Origin: Octopus vulgaris
Taxonomy: Eukaryota
Assembly: GCA_951406725.2 (NCBI GenBank)
Contig: OX597828.1
Location: 11,656,001-11,720,000, forward strand
DNA: 64,000 nucleotides
Direction of reading: 5' to 3'
In this document: piece by piece, positions 1 to 12,535 of the stretch
Position numbering within the stretch: position 1 is the stretch's first letter
How the letters are laid out: every line of letters begins with the position of its first letter
Notes under the pieces: model-generated
Databases searched by the model: none
What the model saw: only the letters and a program-made list of their open reading frames with translations
Told to the model about the DNA's origin: nothing
Position numbers and translations under genes: made by a program

Positions 1-256
1 AATATACCTACAGGTAGAATTGACAGAAGAAATGAAGGAATGGTTCTATAAGAACCCGCTGAAGACTGCTTCAACAATGATTACCATGGATGATGACACC
101 AACAGACATGTTGGTTAACATGATGGCTTTGTGACATACCTGGAGGCTTTGGATATGGTAGATGAGATGGGGAGGTTATAAGAAATATGAACTGGTAGGA
201 TCTTCTAAGAGAAACAATGAAAGGATAAAGCAGTAGTCTCAGCTCTAGAAACTTAC

Positions 257-341
257 CGATTCTTCTTCTCTATTTCACGTATTTCTTGAATTGTGTATTT
301 TTCAAACATCAAATTTGTATCCATTTCATGTAGGGGAAGAT
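257..341 (-). CDS. COG1: COG1 (conserved oligomeric Golgi complex subunit 1) coding exon 2
   Basis: Minus strand ttgtatattcag|exon|gtaagt, 85 nt. Joined in phase 1 to exon 5768-5792 it reads NLPLHEMDTNLMFEKYTIQEIREIEKKNR, resembling the COG1 N-terminus as I recall it (human DPAALFETHGAEEIRGLERQVR). The gene continues left of the window. Confidence 0.82.
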
Positions 342-677
342 CTGAATATACAATAAGATTAGGTATAATGATAATATGATGATACCATAAAGATAATATG
401 AGGATATTATACCATCTTTACAATAGCACAATGTAATACGAAGATGAAATGAGCATCATATGATGATGATGATGTGAAGATGAGATGACATGACAATCAC
501 ATGATCATTACATTATAATGAGATGATAGCGAGTGATGACATAAGGACAAATCAAAGACATACAGATGAGATGATAAAGATGACATGATGATGAGGAAAC
601 AATCATATAATGATGACATGAAGAGGAGATAAAATGAAGATGATACAGTTGGTACTGGCATTGCTGTACCGAATCAT

Positions 678-810
678 TCAGTCTCGAGTTCAGTCCCACA
701 GAGCAGCACCTTGAGCAAGTGTCTTCTGTAGCTCTGGGCTGACCAAAGCCTTGTGTGTGGATTTGGTAAAGAGAAACTGAAAGAAGCACATTTTGTGTGT
801 ATGTGTCCTA
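678..810 (+). mobile_element. Fragment of SINE family A (tRNA head + CORE-like body)
   Basis: gttcagtcccac...caccttgagcaagtgtcttct...gaccaaagccttgtg...aaactgaaagaagc matches full copies such as 47095-47500. Confidence 0.75.
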
Positions 811-859
811 CCCCCTCCCTCCTCTCTATCTGTGAGGTAGTTGGCATTAGGAGGAGCAT

Positions 860-1013
860 TATCTAATATTTATTTAATATTTTAGAGTGACTGACGTATC
901 ATCAGAAATGATGTAAGACAAAATAACTTAACCAGTGGTATATGTGTGTGTGTGTCTATATATCATCATCATCATCATCATCGTTTAGCATCCGTTTTAC
1001 GATGATGATGATG

Positions 1014-1048
<35 letters not shown>

Positions 1049-1135
1049 CACATATACCACTGGTTAAGTCATTTTGTCTTACATCATTTCTGATGATACG
1101 TCAGTCACTCTAAAATATTAAATAAATATTAGATA
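860..1135. repeat. Near-perfect palindrome (arms ~125-135 bp, 14 bp spacer) with a decayed hammerhead-like motif in each arm
   Basis: 860-984 is the reverse complement of 999-1135 apart from microsatellite length and one substitution; spacer ttagcatccgtttt. Confidence 0.9.
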
Positions 1136-1344
1136 CAGTATTAATTTACGTCACCTGGCAAAACAGTAACAGCGTTCATAATATACTGTACTGTTAATTA
1201 CAGATTGTATCGATTGGTTACGTTCATATTCGTCTCCGAGAAACAAATAAAAAAGCAACAGAAACATGTAATCTGTATAGAATATCAAAATTAATGTTAA
1301 AATACAGTTTGCATCCTTGATCCCAAGCTTCGTCATATTACATT

Positions 1345-1600
1345 GAAGATGTCAGCGCCGCTTGACTGGCGTCTGTGTCGGTGACACGTAAAAGCACCAA
1401 CCGATCGTGGTTGGTTGCCAGTCTCCTCTGGCCCCTGTGCCGGTGGCACATAAAAAGCACCCACTACACTCACAGAGTGGTTGGCGTTAGGAAGGGCATC
1501 TAACTGTAGAAACACTGCCAGATCAGACTGGAGCCTGGTGCAGCATCCTAGCTTCCCAGACCCTAGCATGGAAAACGGACGTTAAACGATGATGATGATG
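1345..1600 (+). mobile_element. 3' part of a SINE/RTE-type retroposon ending in a (GAT)n tail
   Basis: ggttggcgttaggaagggcatc motif, then gcatggaaaacggacgttaaac(gat)n tail. Confidence 0.65.
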
Positions 1601-2630
1601 AAAAGGCAAGAGGCTTTTTCTCATTTAGATAAATGTCTTGCTTTATTTAGGGATATGGGTCCCAATGCAGAATGTTTTGTAAACATTTTGGGGGATTATC
1701 AAGATACTATTGCAGCTTATTACCTAATCTTTAAAGAGAGAAAGAAAAAGACAATTCAAGGAACTTTAGACAAGTTTGCACAATGATCTACACCATCACA
1801 ACAGGAGTCAGCTGACAATCCCCAACCATCAACATCTAGTATGTAACCTCTTCCTCCTCCTCCTCCTCCTACACCAGCCTCAATGAGTAACACCAATGTC
1901 AGCCATCAGGTGGGCAACAGTACAGTATTTGAAATTATTTGCTGCTAATATAAAAGGAGCCTAGGCTTGCCTAACAATTTACCACATTCTTAGGCTAACA
2001 TAAAAACAACCTGGGCAGCCTAGGTTTTAATTATTACACATATATAATGGTTTGTCCGGAAAGTTCATGCCGATTTATAGTAGCTTACCTTTTGACTTAT
2101 TTTACAACATGGTCGAGTCCATAAAATAGGATTTGACTACACCTCCATTTGGAGCACAGTTTAAGCTATCTTCTCGTGGAAGAAGGTTTTTGGGAACCAG
2201 ACAAAAATTGCTGCAGCTTGGCTGGGATGTGTTACCCCACCCTCCATATTCACCAGATATTGTTCCTTCAGATTTCCACTTATTCACGTCTCTGCAGAAT
2301 AGTCTTAATGGTAAAAATTTCAATTCCTTGGATGATGTAAAAAGATACCTAGATGAATTCTTTGCCATGAAACCACCTCAATTCTGGGAAGAGGGTATTT
2401 TCAAGTTAAAAGAAAGATGGAGACGCATTGTGCAACAAAATGGTTCATATTTGGTTGATTAAAAATGTAATGGCAAGTATTTATTGACCTTTTTCTTTCC
2501 TTTAAAAATCGGCATGAACTTTCCGGACAACCCAATACATTTAAATAATGGATATTTCAACTTAAGTCATTTTTCAACTGATGTCATGTCTTCTGGAACC
2601 AATTAACAACATAGGGAGAGGTACAAATGT
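1601..2630 (+). mobile_element. pogo/Tigger-type DNA transposon 3' remnant, interrupted by a mariner MITE
   Basis: ORF 1589-1786 EAFSHLDKCLALFRDMGPNAECF...YYLIFKERKKKTIQGTLDKF resembles the TIGD1/Tigger transposase C-terminus; Tigger-like subterminal ggaaccaattaac...gaggtac at ~2595-2625. Confidence 0.55.
2047..2535 (+). mobile_element. Internally deleted mariner element (~490 bp)
   Basis: TIR (t)tgg(g)ttgtccggaaagttcatgccgattt / aaatcggcatgaactttccggacaacccaa, TA flanks; ORF 2133-2462 keeps LGWDVLPHPPYSPDIVPSDFHLF (third catalytic D region). Confidence 0.92.
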
Positions 2631-3216
2631 GTGCGTGTGTATATATATGTATGTATGTATGTTTCTGTTTGTATGTGTGCATGTGTGTGTGTGTGTATGT
2701 GTGCGTCTGTGTGCGTGTGTGTGATTATGCATAGCCTTATCTTGACATCAAGTGATGGTGGTAAACATGCATTGCCATTCATAGAAGTGGTGTCATTCAT
2801 ATCTGGGGGGGTCTTCCTTGGGGGAAACAAGCTTGGCCATGGGAAATATAGCTTGGAAATAGGGGACAGTTCTCAACAAGAAAGACATCAGGCCATAGAA
2901 AATCTACCTGACCAAATTCTGTTTGACCCATGTAAGCATGGAAAAGTGAAGATGACAACATGAGGATGACATATGACAAGATAACAATGACATAATTAAG
3001 ACATGATGAGAAGACCACACTAAGAAAACAGGGAGCTGACACAATGATAATGTGACAATGACACAATAATGTCATGGCATTAACAAAACACCATGAAAGT
3101 AGTATGAAGCAATTAAAGTAAATAAGGCGTTTCTGTTACTTTCAGATTTTCTTCTAGTTTTAATTTAATTTTCCCAAAGTTTTAATTTATACTTTTACAG
3201 CTTTTTATCTATCTTC

Positions 3217-3864
3217 GGATCTTTACCTTTTGACCGACAGATTTAAAAAATAATTTTTTGTAACTAAACACTTTCAAACTTCGGACACTGGTAGAATGTG
3301 TCGTATAAAACATCTTTTACTCTTAGCGTTTTTGAGAAAAGCTTATATTTAGGAAGTTATTTCACGTTAAAGTTGTCATATTTCGGTAATTTCAACCAAT
3401 CAATGATGTGTATTCAGCTGAATAAAATTCCTGCTGTTTGTCAACAACTATTGGCAGTGTATTTTTCGTTTGTCACTGTTATTTATGACATCGTTCGTGT
3501 GTTTGTACTGGTTTTAGCTTTATGGTTTTAGGGTCAGGGTTTTAGGGTTAAGGTTTTAGGGTTAGGGGGTTAGAGTTAGGCTGTTAGGGTTAGGGTTGTC
3601 ATAAATAACAGTGACAAACAAAATATACACCACCGGAAGTTCTTGTTGACAAACAATGGCTTTAATTTCATTCAGCTGAATACACGTCATTGATTGGTTG
3701 AAATACAACTTTAACATGAAATAACTTCCTAAATATAAGCTTTTCTCAAAATCACTAACAGTAAAAGATGTTTTATATGACACATTCTACCAGTGTCCGA
3801 AGTTTGAAAGTGTTTAGTTACAAAAAATTATTTTTTAAATCTGTCGGTCAAAAGGTAAAGATTA
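3217..3864. mobile_element. GGATC-ended foldback MITE, subfamily M2, with central TTAGGG repeats
   Basis: ~270 bp inverted arms starting ggatctttaccttttgaccgacagattt; central ttaggg-like tract ~3525-3597; degenerate 8 bp TSD ctatcttc/ctatttta. Confidence 0.88.
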
Positions 3865-4260
3865 CTATTTTATAATGACAAGTTATTCAAAAATTTGAAT
3901 ACTTGCTTAATGGCCAAACAGATGTTCTGCTATGGATGCTGAAGTATCAGAGGAATTGGAATGGTCCTTTGTCAGCCAAGCTAACTGGAGTAAACAGAGT
4001 TATGTGCCTTGGCCCAGGACAAATCCCTGTAGTCATATGGTTATGGTCAGTTGATGAGGCCTAAATACAGGTAGATAGATAAGGTTATTTGTGGATCAAA
4101 TGTCTTAATACGAATTCTGACCCAATTGCCAATATAGCACACAAATGACATAACCATCCACATACACAAAGACAACACAACAATGGACACGACTGAGAAA
4201 ACCATCAACAGACAGACAACACAACATCAACAAGAATATAAGGCAAAATCACAATCGAAG

Positions 4261-4728
4261 CAGACGACCACGAATACAAACAGCCTAACAACCAACAGAC
4301 AAGACCACGAATACAAACAGCCTAACAACCAACAGACAAGACCACGAATACAAACAGCATAACAACCAACAGACAAGACCACGAATACAAACAGCCTAAC
4401 AACCAACAGACAAGACCACGAATACAAACAGCCTAACAACCAATAGACAAGACCACGAATACAAACAGCCTAACAACCAACAGACAAGACCACGAATACA
4501 AACAGCCTAACAACCAACAGACAAGACCACGAATACAAACAGCATAACAACCAACAGACAAGACCACGAATACAAACAGCCTAACAACCAACAGACAAGA
4601 CCACGAATATAAACAGCATAACAACCAACAGACAAGACCACGAATACAAACAGCATAACAACCAACAGACAAGACCACGAATGCAAACAGCATAACAACC
4701 AACAGACAAGACCACGAATATAAACAGA
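4261..4728. repeat. 37 bp minisatellite, ~13 copies
   Basis: Unit caaccaacagacaagaccacgaatacaaacagc(c/a)taa; gaccacgaat recurs every 37 bp from 4266 to 4710. Confidence 0.95.
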
Positions 4729-5767
4729 CAACACAACTATCGACATACAAACAACATAACTTCAAAACATCGACAACACAACCACCGACATACCGATGAC
4801 ACAGTTATTTAGATGACATACAGTGACTGTCAACGATATCGACCTCACTCGTCGAGGATTGAAAACGTCCATGGTGGGCAACGCCTGTCCTCATATAAAT
4901 ACTGACAAACGGCAAAGCTAAGCGACCGACGACAACAATTAAACTCGATACGAGACAACATTTATTATTGTTACAACATGTAAAAATCATAAATGCAGAT
5001 TGGCCGCTTGGGTGGTATTTATAAGTGTGAGTTTTATGATAGTGCTTAACTTCGTAAATCACTACTGTATAATAAAAGAAATAGTTGAGTAATACACAAG
5101 CCAAGAAGGAAAACAAAAGACTCTACTCTGCTACTCCGGCTTCCAGAAATAGCAGCCAAAATCTCCTTCGAATCACACTCTATTGGTTTTAAAATTAGAA
5201 CGGCACATTAGATAGTGCAACCCTAGATAGCTGTAAAATTTCCAAGAGGCCCAAAGCAGCAATAGCTCTGGATATAGTTGGAACTCTCTGCTCAGTCTGG
5301 GCTGACAGAGAGGAGGGAGATTTAAATAACAATTGGAGAAATCCAGGAATATTGTTGGCTTTGCTTGTCGGCAAAAGACCGACAAAATGTGATGACATGA
5401 TAACTCAACATAAACGAAACAGACACGGAAAAAAAACAACACACAAACTGCAAAAAGATTAATAGTTAACGATAACTAGGAAAATAGCAAATTTAAGCAA
5501 CAATAAATAATATAATAAAGAATTAATTTAATGAATAAAATGTAATTTCCTTTAACTTCCTGGGGATTTTTTTTTTTCTTAATGACGTGTTACGCAAATC
5601 TTGTATTCGAATCATAACAACACAAATTGTCAGCTGATTTCAGAGATACACACAGATACACTAGGTATAAAAGCAGTAATAGCATCAAAAGAATCATACC
5701 AGGTTGTGTTAAAAATGAATGAGATGAAAATAACAGAGAAAGGCGTCTAAATATGATGTTTACTTAC

Positions 5768-5792
5768 TCTGGACTGGCTTCTTCGACGCCAT
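5768..5792 (-). CDS. COG1: COG1 first coding exon (MASKKPVQ + 1 nt)
   Basis: Minus strand aagcATGGCGTCGAAGAAGCCAGTCCAGA|gtaagt: good Kozak context and consensus donor; phase 1 matches exon 257-341 and gives an open frame. Confidence 0.72.
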
Positions 5793-6877
5793 GCTTGGTA
5801 CACAATTCCAAGGGAGGCAATAAAAAGAATTAAAGTCATTCTTATTTCCCTTTATTTCTCACAGTCTTGCGAAATTTAATGTTCTTTGACCAATTCTACG
5901 AGGCATGAGAGAACGAAATTAAATTTAATTTCATCTAGTTTCAGCTCACGAGCTGTGGCCATGCTAGGGCACCACCATTCAAAATATATATATATATAAT
6001 ATATATATAAAAAATATAAATATATATAAAAGATATATATAAAAATGTAAATATATATATAATAAAATCCGTTTGATTCTAATTTTAAAATATCGACAGA
6101 GTTAATTGTCCCTTTCTTATCACTTTGAGTAACGAATTTTAATTTATAAAAAATTAATTTTTTAATTTGAAGGTCCCATTCTTCCCAAAGTTAAAATTTC
6201 ACAAAACGTTGCAAAGTTCCAAAAATCCAGACAAAAACAAATCTTCATTACATTTTATTTTGTTCTTATAACCATTCTCCACTCAGCTCTAATAATCTAG
6301 AATGCAACCTTCTTCTTGAAAATCTCTAAATCTAGCCATACTTGTTTGCATGTAAAGGCCACGAGGTAGAAGGACGTTTTAATTTATTTATATAATGTAA
6401 CAGAGATTTAATTCCGTTTATTCGTCGAATATTTTTAGTAAGCTCCACTTCACTTAGACCAAGAGGAAAGTATTCTGTTGCTACATTTGATCTATAACGT
6501 AACCCGATTTTTCTTGTTACCAAACTTTAGAAACTCGATAGATACAAGCCGAAGGAGGATACAATATTCATGTCAAAACAATAGAAATTCAATGACTGAA
6601 TTAGTATAACTGTAAAATGTATTTTACTGGTACTCCGTCGGTTGGAAAAGAGTGATATGAATAAGTCTTCTTTACATACGTATTATAGATAATTATTGTT
6701 CATTATTCTGTCGAAGGATATTGCCATCAGTTAGTGGCAGTTCCCTTCCATTGGACATCTTCTTTGTTAACGAGGTGTGGATTAAATAGGTTTTTGTTTT
6801 TTTTAACGAATTCCTAAACAAGAGACAACACATTGTTTGCTTCTCCATTGAAAGACAATTAATAAACAACATTCTTT

Positions 6878-6983
6878 GGATCTTTTCGCTTTGACCGGCA
6901 GATTTTTATTTTCAAAATCATTTGTTTGTAACTAAACACTTTTAAACTTCGTATACTGGTAGAATGTGTTACATAAAACATAA
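6878..6983 (+). mobile_element. Truncated GGATC-ended MITE (M3 left end)
   Basis: ggatcttttcgctttgaccggcagatttt...cttcgtatactggtagaatgtgtt, as at 29758. Confidence 0.75.
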
Positions 6984-7043
6984 AACGTTGTAATTCTATC
7001 AATAATTTTCTAGTCATATTATTATATACAAAGAAATAAAGTA

Positions 7044-7450
7044 GGGTCTTTTCGGTTTGAACGGCAGTTTATTCTTGCAGTGTCAGATGAAATTGTCACC
7101 CATAATTATGACCCTAGTATCGATCTATTGCATTTCAATCTGTTTTAGGGGTGGGGGAAGGGTATCTTTTTTTTTCTTCACAAATGTAAATAAACCCAAT
7201 CTGTTTCTTAAACGGGGGACTTATTCATACGGCACAGAATGTTTTTTTACCTCAATAGACGTCATTGATTGGTTGAAATTGCAGAAATTGAAGATAAAAA
7301 ACAACAAATATCTTACAAACTATAGAATTTTCTCAATAAAGCCAAGAGAAAAAGATGTTTTATAAACACATTCTACCAGTATACGAAGTTTAAAGTGTTT
7401 AGTTACGTGGAAATTATTTTAAAAAACTGCCGTTCAAACCGAAAAGATCC
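7044..7450. mobile_element. GGATC-ended MITE, subfamily M1
   Basis: TIR gg(g)tcttttcggtttgaacggcag / ctgccgttcaaaccgaaaagatcc; flanked by a 17 bp near-duplication. Confidence 0.9.
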
Positions 7451-8303
7451 TACAAATAAATAAAGTAGTTAAACTAAAAGCTATTTTACACCATTTGCAC
7501 TCCAAGAGTTCTTTGGAAACGCATGAACTTCACAGCATAAATATTCCTTGTCTTTCTGAAAACGAAAATTTCAATCAATTCTTTTTTTTTAATATATGCT
7601 AAGAAGAGTGAATAGTCAGAAGTAGCCTCCCTTTAACTGGTTTGCATACTATTTTCTGTTAACAATTTGCCGTATTAAATTTTATTTCCCAACTCTCACA
7701 AGTCATTAATAAACTTCTATTTATTTTATTTATTATTGGTTATGATTATTTTTATAGACAAATTTTGTGAATTGAGAGAAAACTACATTTTAAGAGTTCT
7801 CACGTTATCAATATTTATCATCTTATATCACCGTCATTATGTCCTGAGTTCAAATTCCGCCGAGGTCGACTTTGCCGTTCATCCTTTCGTATTGGGGGTC
7901 GATCTTATCGACTGGCCCACTCCCCCAAAATTTTGGGCCTTGTGCCTAAAGTAGAAAAAAAGTAGTAGTAGTAGTAGATTTTCTTTTTGTATATCGGAAT
8001 AGCATATCTACGTTATCCATTGTATCTTTCGTCAAGAGAGCAGCGTGGTATATAAAAGTGATTTCGCTTCTAAATTCTTCCCGGTTAAATTGTTAAGCAG
8101 ATGTTTGTTCGTAAGGCTTGAAATCACAAATTTGTCGAATAGAATTTATTCCATTCTACTTACATAAGCTCTTTTCTTCATCTGAAGCATAGATTTTTCT
8201 CCAATATTCTTTTTTTTTCTCTCTCTCTCCTTCTCCTTAGCTGGATCCCTGTTTTTTCCTTTCGGATTTTTCTGCCCCGTGGCGTAAGTTACCCCAAGAT
8301 AGA

Positions 8304-8709
8304 ACTGGATTAACTATGAAACAAATTAAGCACGTGCTTAGCTCATCATGGAAAAGTAGGTAGGACAACACAGAAATGGTAAATTGTGTACGGCACAAAC
8401 GAAATCACTTTAAATCACTTTAAAATTGCTAAAATAATATTCAAAGTGATTTATATAATCGGAAATATTATTTCGAAGTATTCATGGTGTCACAGCTTGG
8501 ATATGATCAAAGACTTGGCTATTAAAAAAGAAGTAGAAGGAAATTTTTTCAAATATAAGTGGCTGAGTGGTAAGTAGCTTGTTTACCAACCACATTGTTC
8601 CGGGTGCAGTCCCACTGCGTGGCACCTTGGGCAAGTGTCTTCTACTGTAGCCTCGGGTCGACCAAAGCCCTGTGAGTGGATTTGGTAGATGGAAACTGAA
8701 AGAAGCCCT

Positions 8710-8746
<37 letters not shown>

Positions 8747-9153
8747 TATATATATGTGTGTGTGTGTATGTTTGTGTGTCTATGTTTGTTCCCACAACAT
8801 CGCTTGGCAACCGATGCTGGTGTGTTTACGTCCACGTCACTCTGAGGTTCGGCCAGAGAGACCGATAGAATAAGTACTAGGCTTACAAAGAATAAGTCCC
8901 GGGGTCGATTTGCTCGACTAAAAGCGGTGCTCCAGCATGGCCGCTGTCAAATGACTGAAACAAATAAAAGAATAAAAGAATAGAAGTTTACAAAAATAAA
9001 TATTATTTTTGCATTTTACTGTTAGTTTTGTTTCAGTCAGAAAAATAAAAAAATTCATTTTTTAGTTTATTATTGTTTATATTTTGAATTACATATATAT
9101 GGGGACACCAAAATCTTTTAAGTGCTTAGGGCCTCTATGGATCTTAATCCGGC
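8304..9153. mobile_element. ~410 bp non-autonomous DNA-transposon-like repeat interrupted by a SINE A
   Basis: Ends ctggattaa / ttaatccgg; body homologous to 10966-11379 (cacgtgctta...gaaatggtaaat...aatcactttaaa...gcttagggcctctatgg). Confidence 0.7.
8558..8982 (+). mobile_element. SINE family A with internal (TA)n(TG)n
   Basis: tRNA-like A/B boxes, caccttgggcaagtgtctt, internal microsatellite, aaagaataaaag tail. Confidence 0.9.
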
Positions 9154-9179
9154 TTGCCTTGAGGGAGATGCCTCTCCCA

Positions 9180-9450
9180 CGTCTTGTGGTTCTGAATTGT
9201 CATCAAAAGTTCTGTAACTTAGCTTCTTTTTTTATTATTGTTAGTCCGATGTTATGGCTCTTCACAAACCCAATTTTATCTCTGGGAAGAGGTGATCCAT
9301 ATTAGCCTGACCTATATCCTTTGACCTTTGGCCTCTACCCTTTGATATGTCCATCATGGGAGGTCAATCAGGAGCTTACGCTCTACTAGCATTAACTCCG
9401 GTGGGGGTGGGGGTCACTGAAGTACACAACTCACCACCCCACAGCAAGAC
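9180..9450 (-). mobile_element. Probable 5' UTR fragment of an RTE-clade LINE
   Basis: Minus strand cttgctgtggggtggtgagttgtgtacttcagtgaccc...gagttaatgc...gctcctg...ctcccatgatggacatatcaaagggtagaggcca resembles Expander/RTE 5' ends (recognition from memory). Confidence 0.45.
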
Positions 9451-10167
9451 TGAACCTTGTAATGGATCCAAATTTACGACTGGTTTTTATTTTATAGATC
9501 CCAAGGTAATAAAAAGAAGAAATCAGCTTCGAAGTGGTTGGAAACTGGACCGTAAAAGAACGAAATGAAGGACTGCAAAACATTTAAAACAGCACCTTAC
9601 TATTTCTCTCCATGATTATTCCATGATCAAGGCTGTCGTAACAGCGTAACAGACAAATAGTTAAAGCAATCCAATAGGGCCCCTAAATACACAACCACAG
9701 CGTACATAGCTTAACATTGGGTCCCTAGATCGACGTAGGACCTTGGATAACTGCATAGAGCGCTATAATCCCATGCCTTCAGACTACTGTTTATTTCTTA
9801 TATTTCTTTGATTTTGACGCTCTGACGAAACTTACTTTTCGCGCATGTACGCCGAATTAATACGAGAATTAAATTTAAGTTTTAGGACATATTACGATTA
9901 TAATTGTCTACTCACACACACGCACTCAGATACATACCTACATACATACATACATACATACATACATACATACATACATACATACATACGTACGTACGTA
10001 CACACATGTGAGTGTGTGTGAGTGCGCGCGCGTGTGGTATTTAAACATTTATTTCAAATTGAGTCTACACAAATTGTTTCATTCTAGTATTACGTACCTA
10101 ATTCCGTTTTTTCCTTTATGTTTTTCTTTTGTTTTGATTAATTGCAGTTCAACGTAAGAGCCCAAAA

Positions 10168-10430
<263 letters not shown>

Positions 10431-10965
10431 GCACTGGTTGTGTTTGTATTTTGATGCATGTTGTTCGTTGGAAAATTGCCCATCCAAAATTGTGACAAAA
10501 TTATATTAGTATTTTTACAAAGTCTCTCACATTTAAAAAAAAATTATATTAAACTGGTGACATTTTCATCTCTTGGCTAAATTCAGAGAGAGAGAGGGGG
10601 GGGAGATAGAAAGAAAGACAGAGGAGGAAAATGGGTGAAGGGGAGGAAAGGGAACAATGATTAAAGAGAATTTTGTGTTTTTTTTACCGGGAGATATTTT
10701 CTACGTCGAAGAAAGTATAAATTTATTTTGACTGCTTTGTTTCGTTTCGAAGGGTCTGAAGGAAGAGATAATGCCCTTGACCATGACCAAGTTTTCCGCG
10801 GCTGGTGAATTTGATGCCCTTAATGTTCCGTTTTAGACTGACGCAGATTGACCCTTACAATAACGATATGAGCAGAGAGAATATTTGAAAGGACCGAAGA
10901 TCTGGGAGAGGACTAAGAATTGTGGTTAGTGCGGGATCGTGTGTTGGGTGAACACCACAAGAAGC

Positions 10966-11379
10966 GCAGGATTAACCATTAAGGAAAATAATTACGTGCT
11001 TAGAGCATCAAAGAAATCGTGGCACCCCGGAAATGGTAAATCATTTACGATACAAAAGCGATCACTTTAAACTTGCTAAAATAATATTCGAAGGGGTTTA
11101 TATGATCGGAAATATAATTTGGAAGTGTTCAAGATGTCATTGTGAGGATCTGAGTAAGGACTTTAATTTTAAAAAGTTGAAGAAAACTTTTGAAAGATAA
11201 ATAAAGCAAGAATATACAAAAATAAGTATTATTTTCCATCTTACTGTTAGTTTTGTTTCATTTTGATAAATAACATTTTATTTCATGGTTTATTGTTGTT
11301 TATATTTTGAATTTCGTGTACATGACGACACCTAAATCTTGTAAGCGCTTAGGGCCTCTATGGGTCTAAATTTAGCACA
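10966..11379. mobile_element. Second, uninterrupted copy of the ~410 bp repeat at 8304-9153
   Basis: Colinear similarity throughout. Confidence 0.7.
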
Positions 11380-11757
11380 GGCCACAATATTGACAAAAGA
11401 TGAAGAGGCAAGTGGGTCAGGACTGTCTGCATGGTGCAAGTACGAGGTCAGCCAGTTCCGCAAAAGAAAGATCATTATAGTAGCAACAGAAGAGACTTGA
11501 GAAAGGGGAAAGTGTATCAGTGCATCAGAGCCTCGTTTTTAATCTCGGCATGAAGCCTAAATAGAGAAGGGACACTACATGGACAGACAACAGCAAACGT
11601 GGGCTACATATAACGATTAATGAATGATTTATGAGGTGTGAAAAAAATAAAGATAATGAAATGGCTTTCTACCCCGCAAAGTAGAAAGTTGCATTTTACT
11701 GTTTTTACTGTTCAGTTTGTATATATATCTATATCTATATATATATATATATATATA

Positions 11758-12535
11758 TCTTATTATAAAAGGCAGATTTTATCTGCCTCCCTTTGGGAGT
11801 TATACAAATCTACAATATAGGATTTCTTCAATTACAATTTACCTAGCATTTTTAAGAGTACAATGCATCGCGTCATGCCAGGTCCAGTTTTTAAAATTTA
11901 AACTCCAATTAAGCAAAATTTACAGAAAACTCACATTCTGGTGTGTGTGTCAAATGCTTTTCTTAGTCTGGTTTACACCACACGCAAACGCACACACACA
12001 GTGGGCAACGAATAAAATGAAAGTAAATGTAATATTTGTTTCTGTCTATCACGCTGATAGATACATGAGTAAAATGTATGGGAAGCTAACAGATAACAGT
12101 GAGTGAAAATGTTCTTGGAAGAGAGTAAATTAGCAACAGAGTGATTTGAGGAAGACTAAACTGAAAGTATGAAACAGTGTTTATGTATAAACAGACGACA
12201 CTTATATAAACCCTTTCGTTACCAAACCGCCCGAATTTACCTATTCATATTTAAATGAGAATATCAAAGTAAATCTCTTTAGTACATTCGTGAAAACACG
12301 TATTATACTTCGTAAACACTTCAAATACAGTTTTGTACAAAAATCGAAGTGTAATTTTAATTCCGTGAATTATGGGAGATTTTTTTCCGAAATTTGTTCC
12401 TATTGTGTTTTCAAAATTTGTAATTCTGACAAAAAATGGATACGAATTTCATTATATCAAGCAGCGAGTCAGAATTCGAAGGATTTTCTACTGAAGACCT
12501 TCATAAATTTAACTCTATGACTGAAAAAAAAAGCA
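11758..12535 (+). mobile_element. Helitron-like 5' segment abutting the Helitron at 12536
   Basis: a|TCTTATTATAAAAG start; tatacaaatc motif shared with 13483; no 3' hairpin-CTAG of its own. Confidence 0.5.

Noticed and set aside
4261-4728. 37 bp repeat array of CRISPR-like unit length
   Set aside because: Units are head-to-tail with no unique spacers, there are no cas genes and the context is eukaryotic; it is a minisatellite, and its Cys/Val-rich ORFs are artefacts.
5230-5460. Open plus-strand frame (KISKRPKAAIALDIVG...) inside COG1 intron 1
   Set aside because: No start codon, splice context or recognisable homology.
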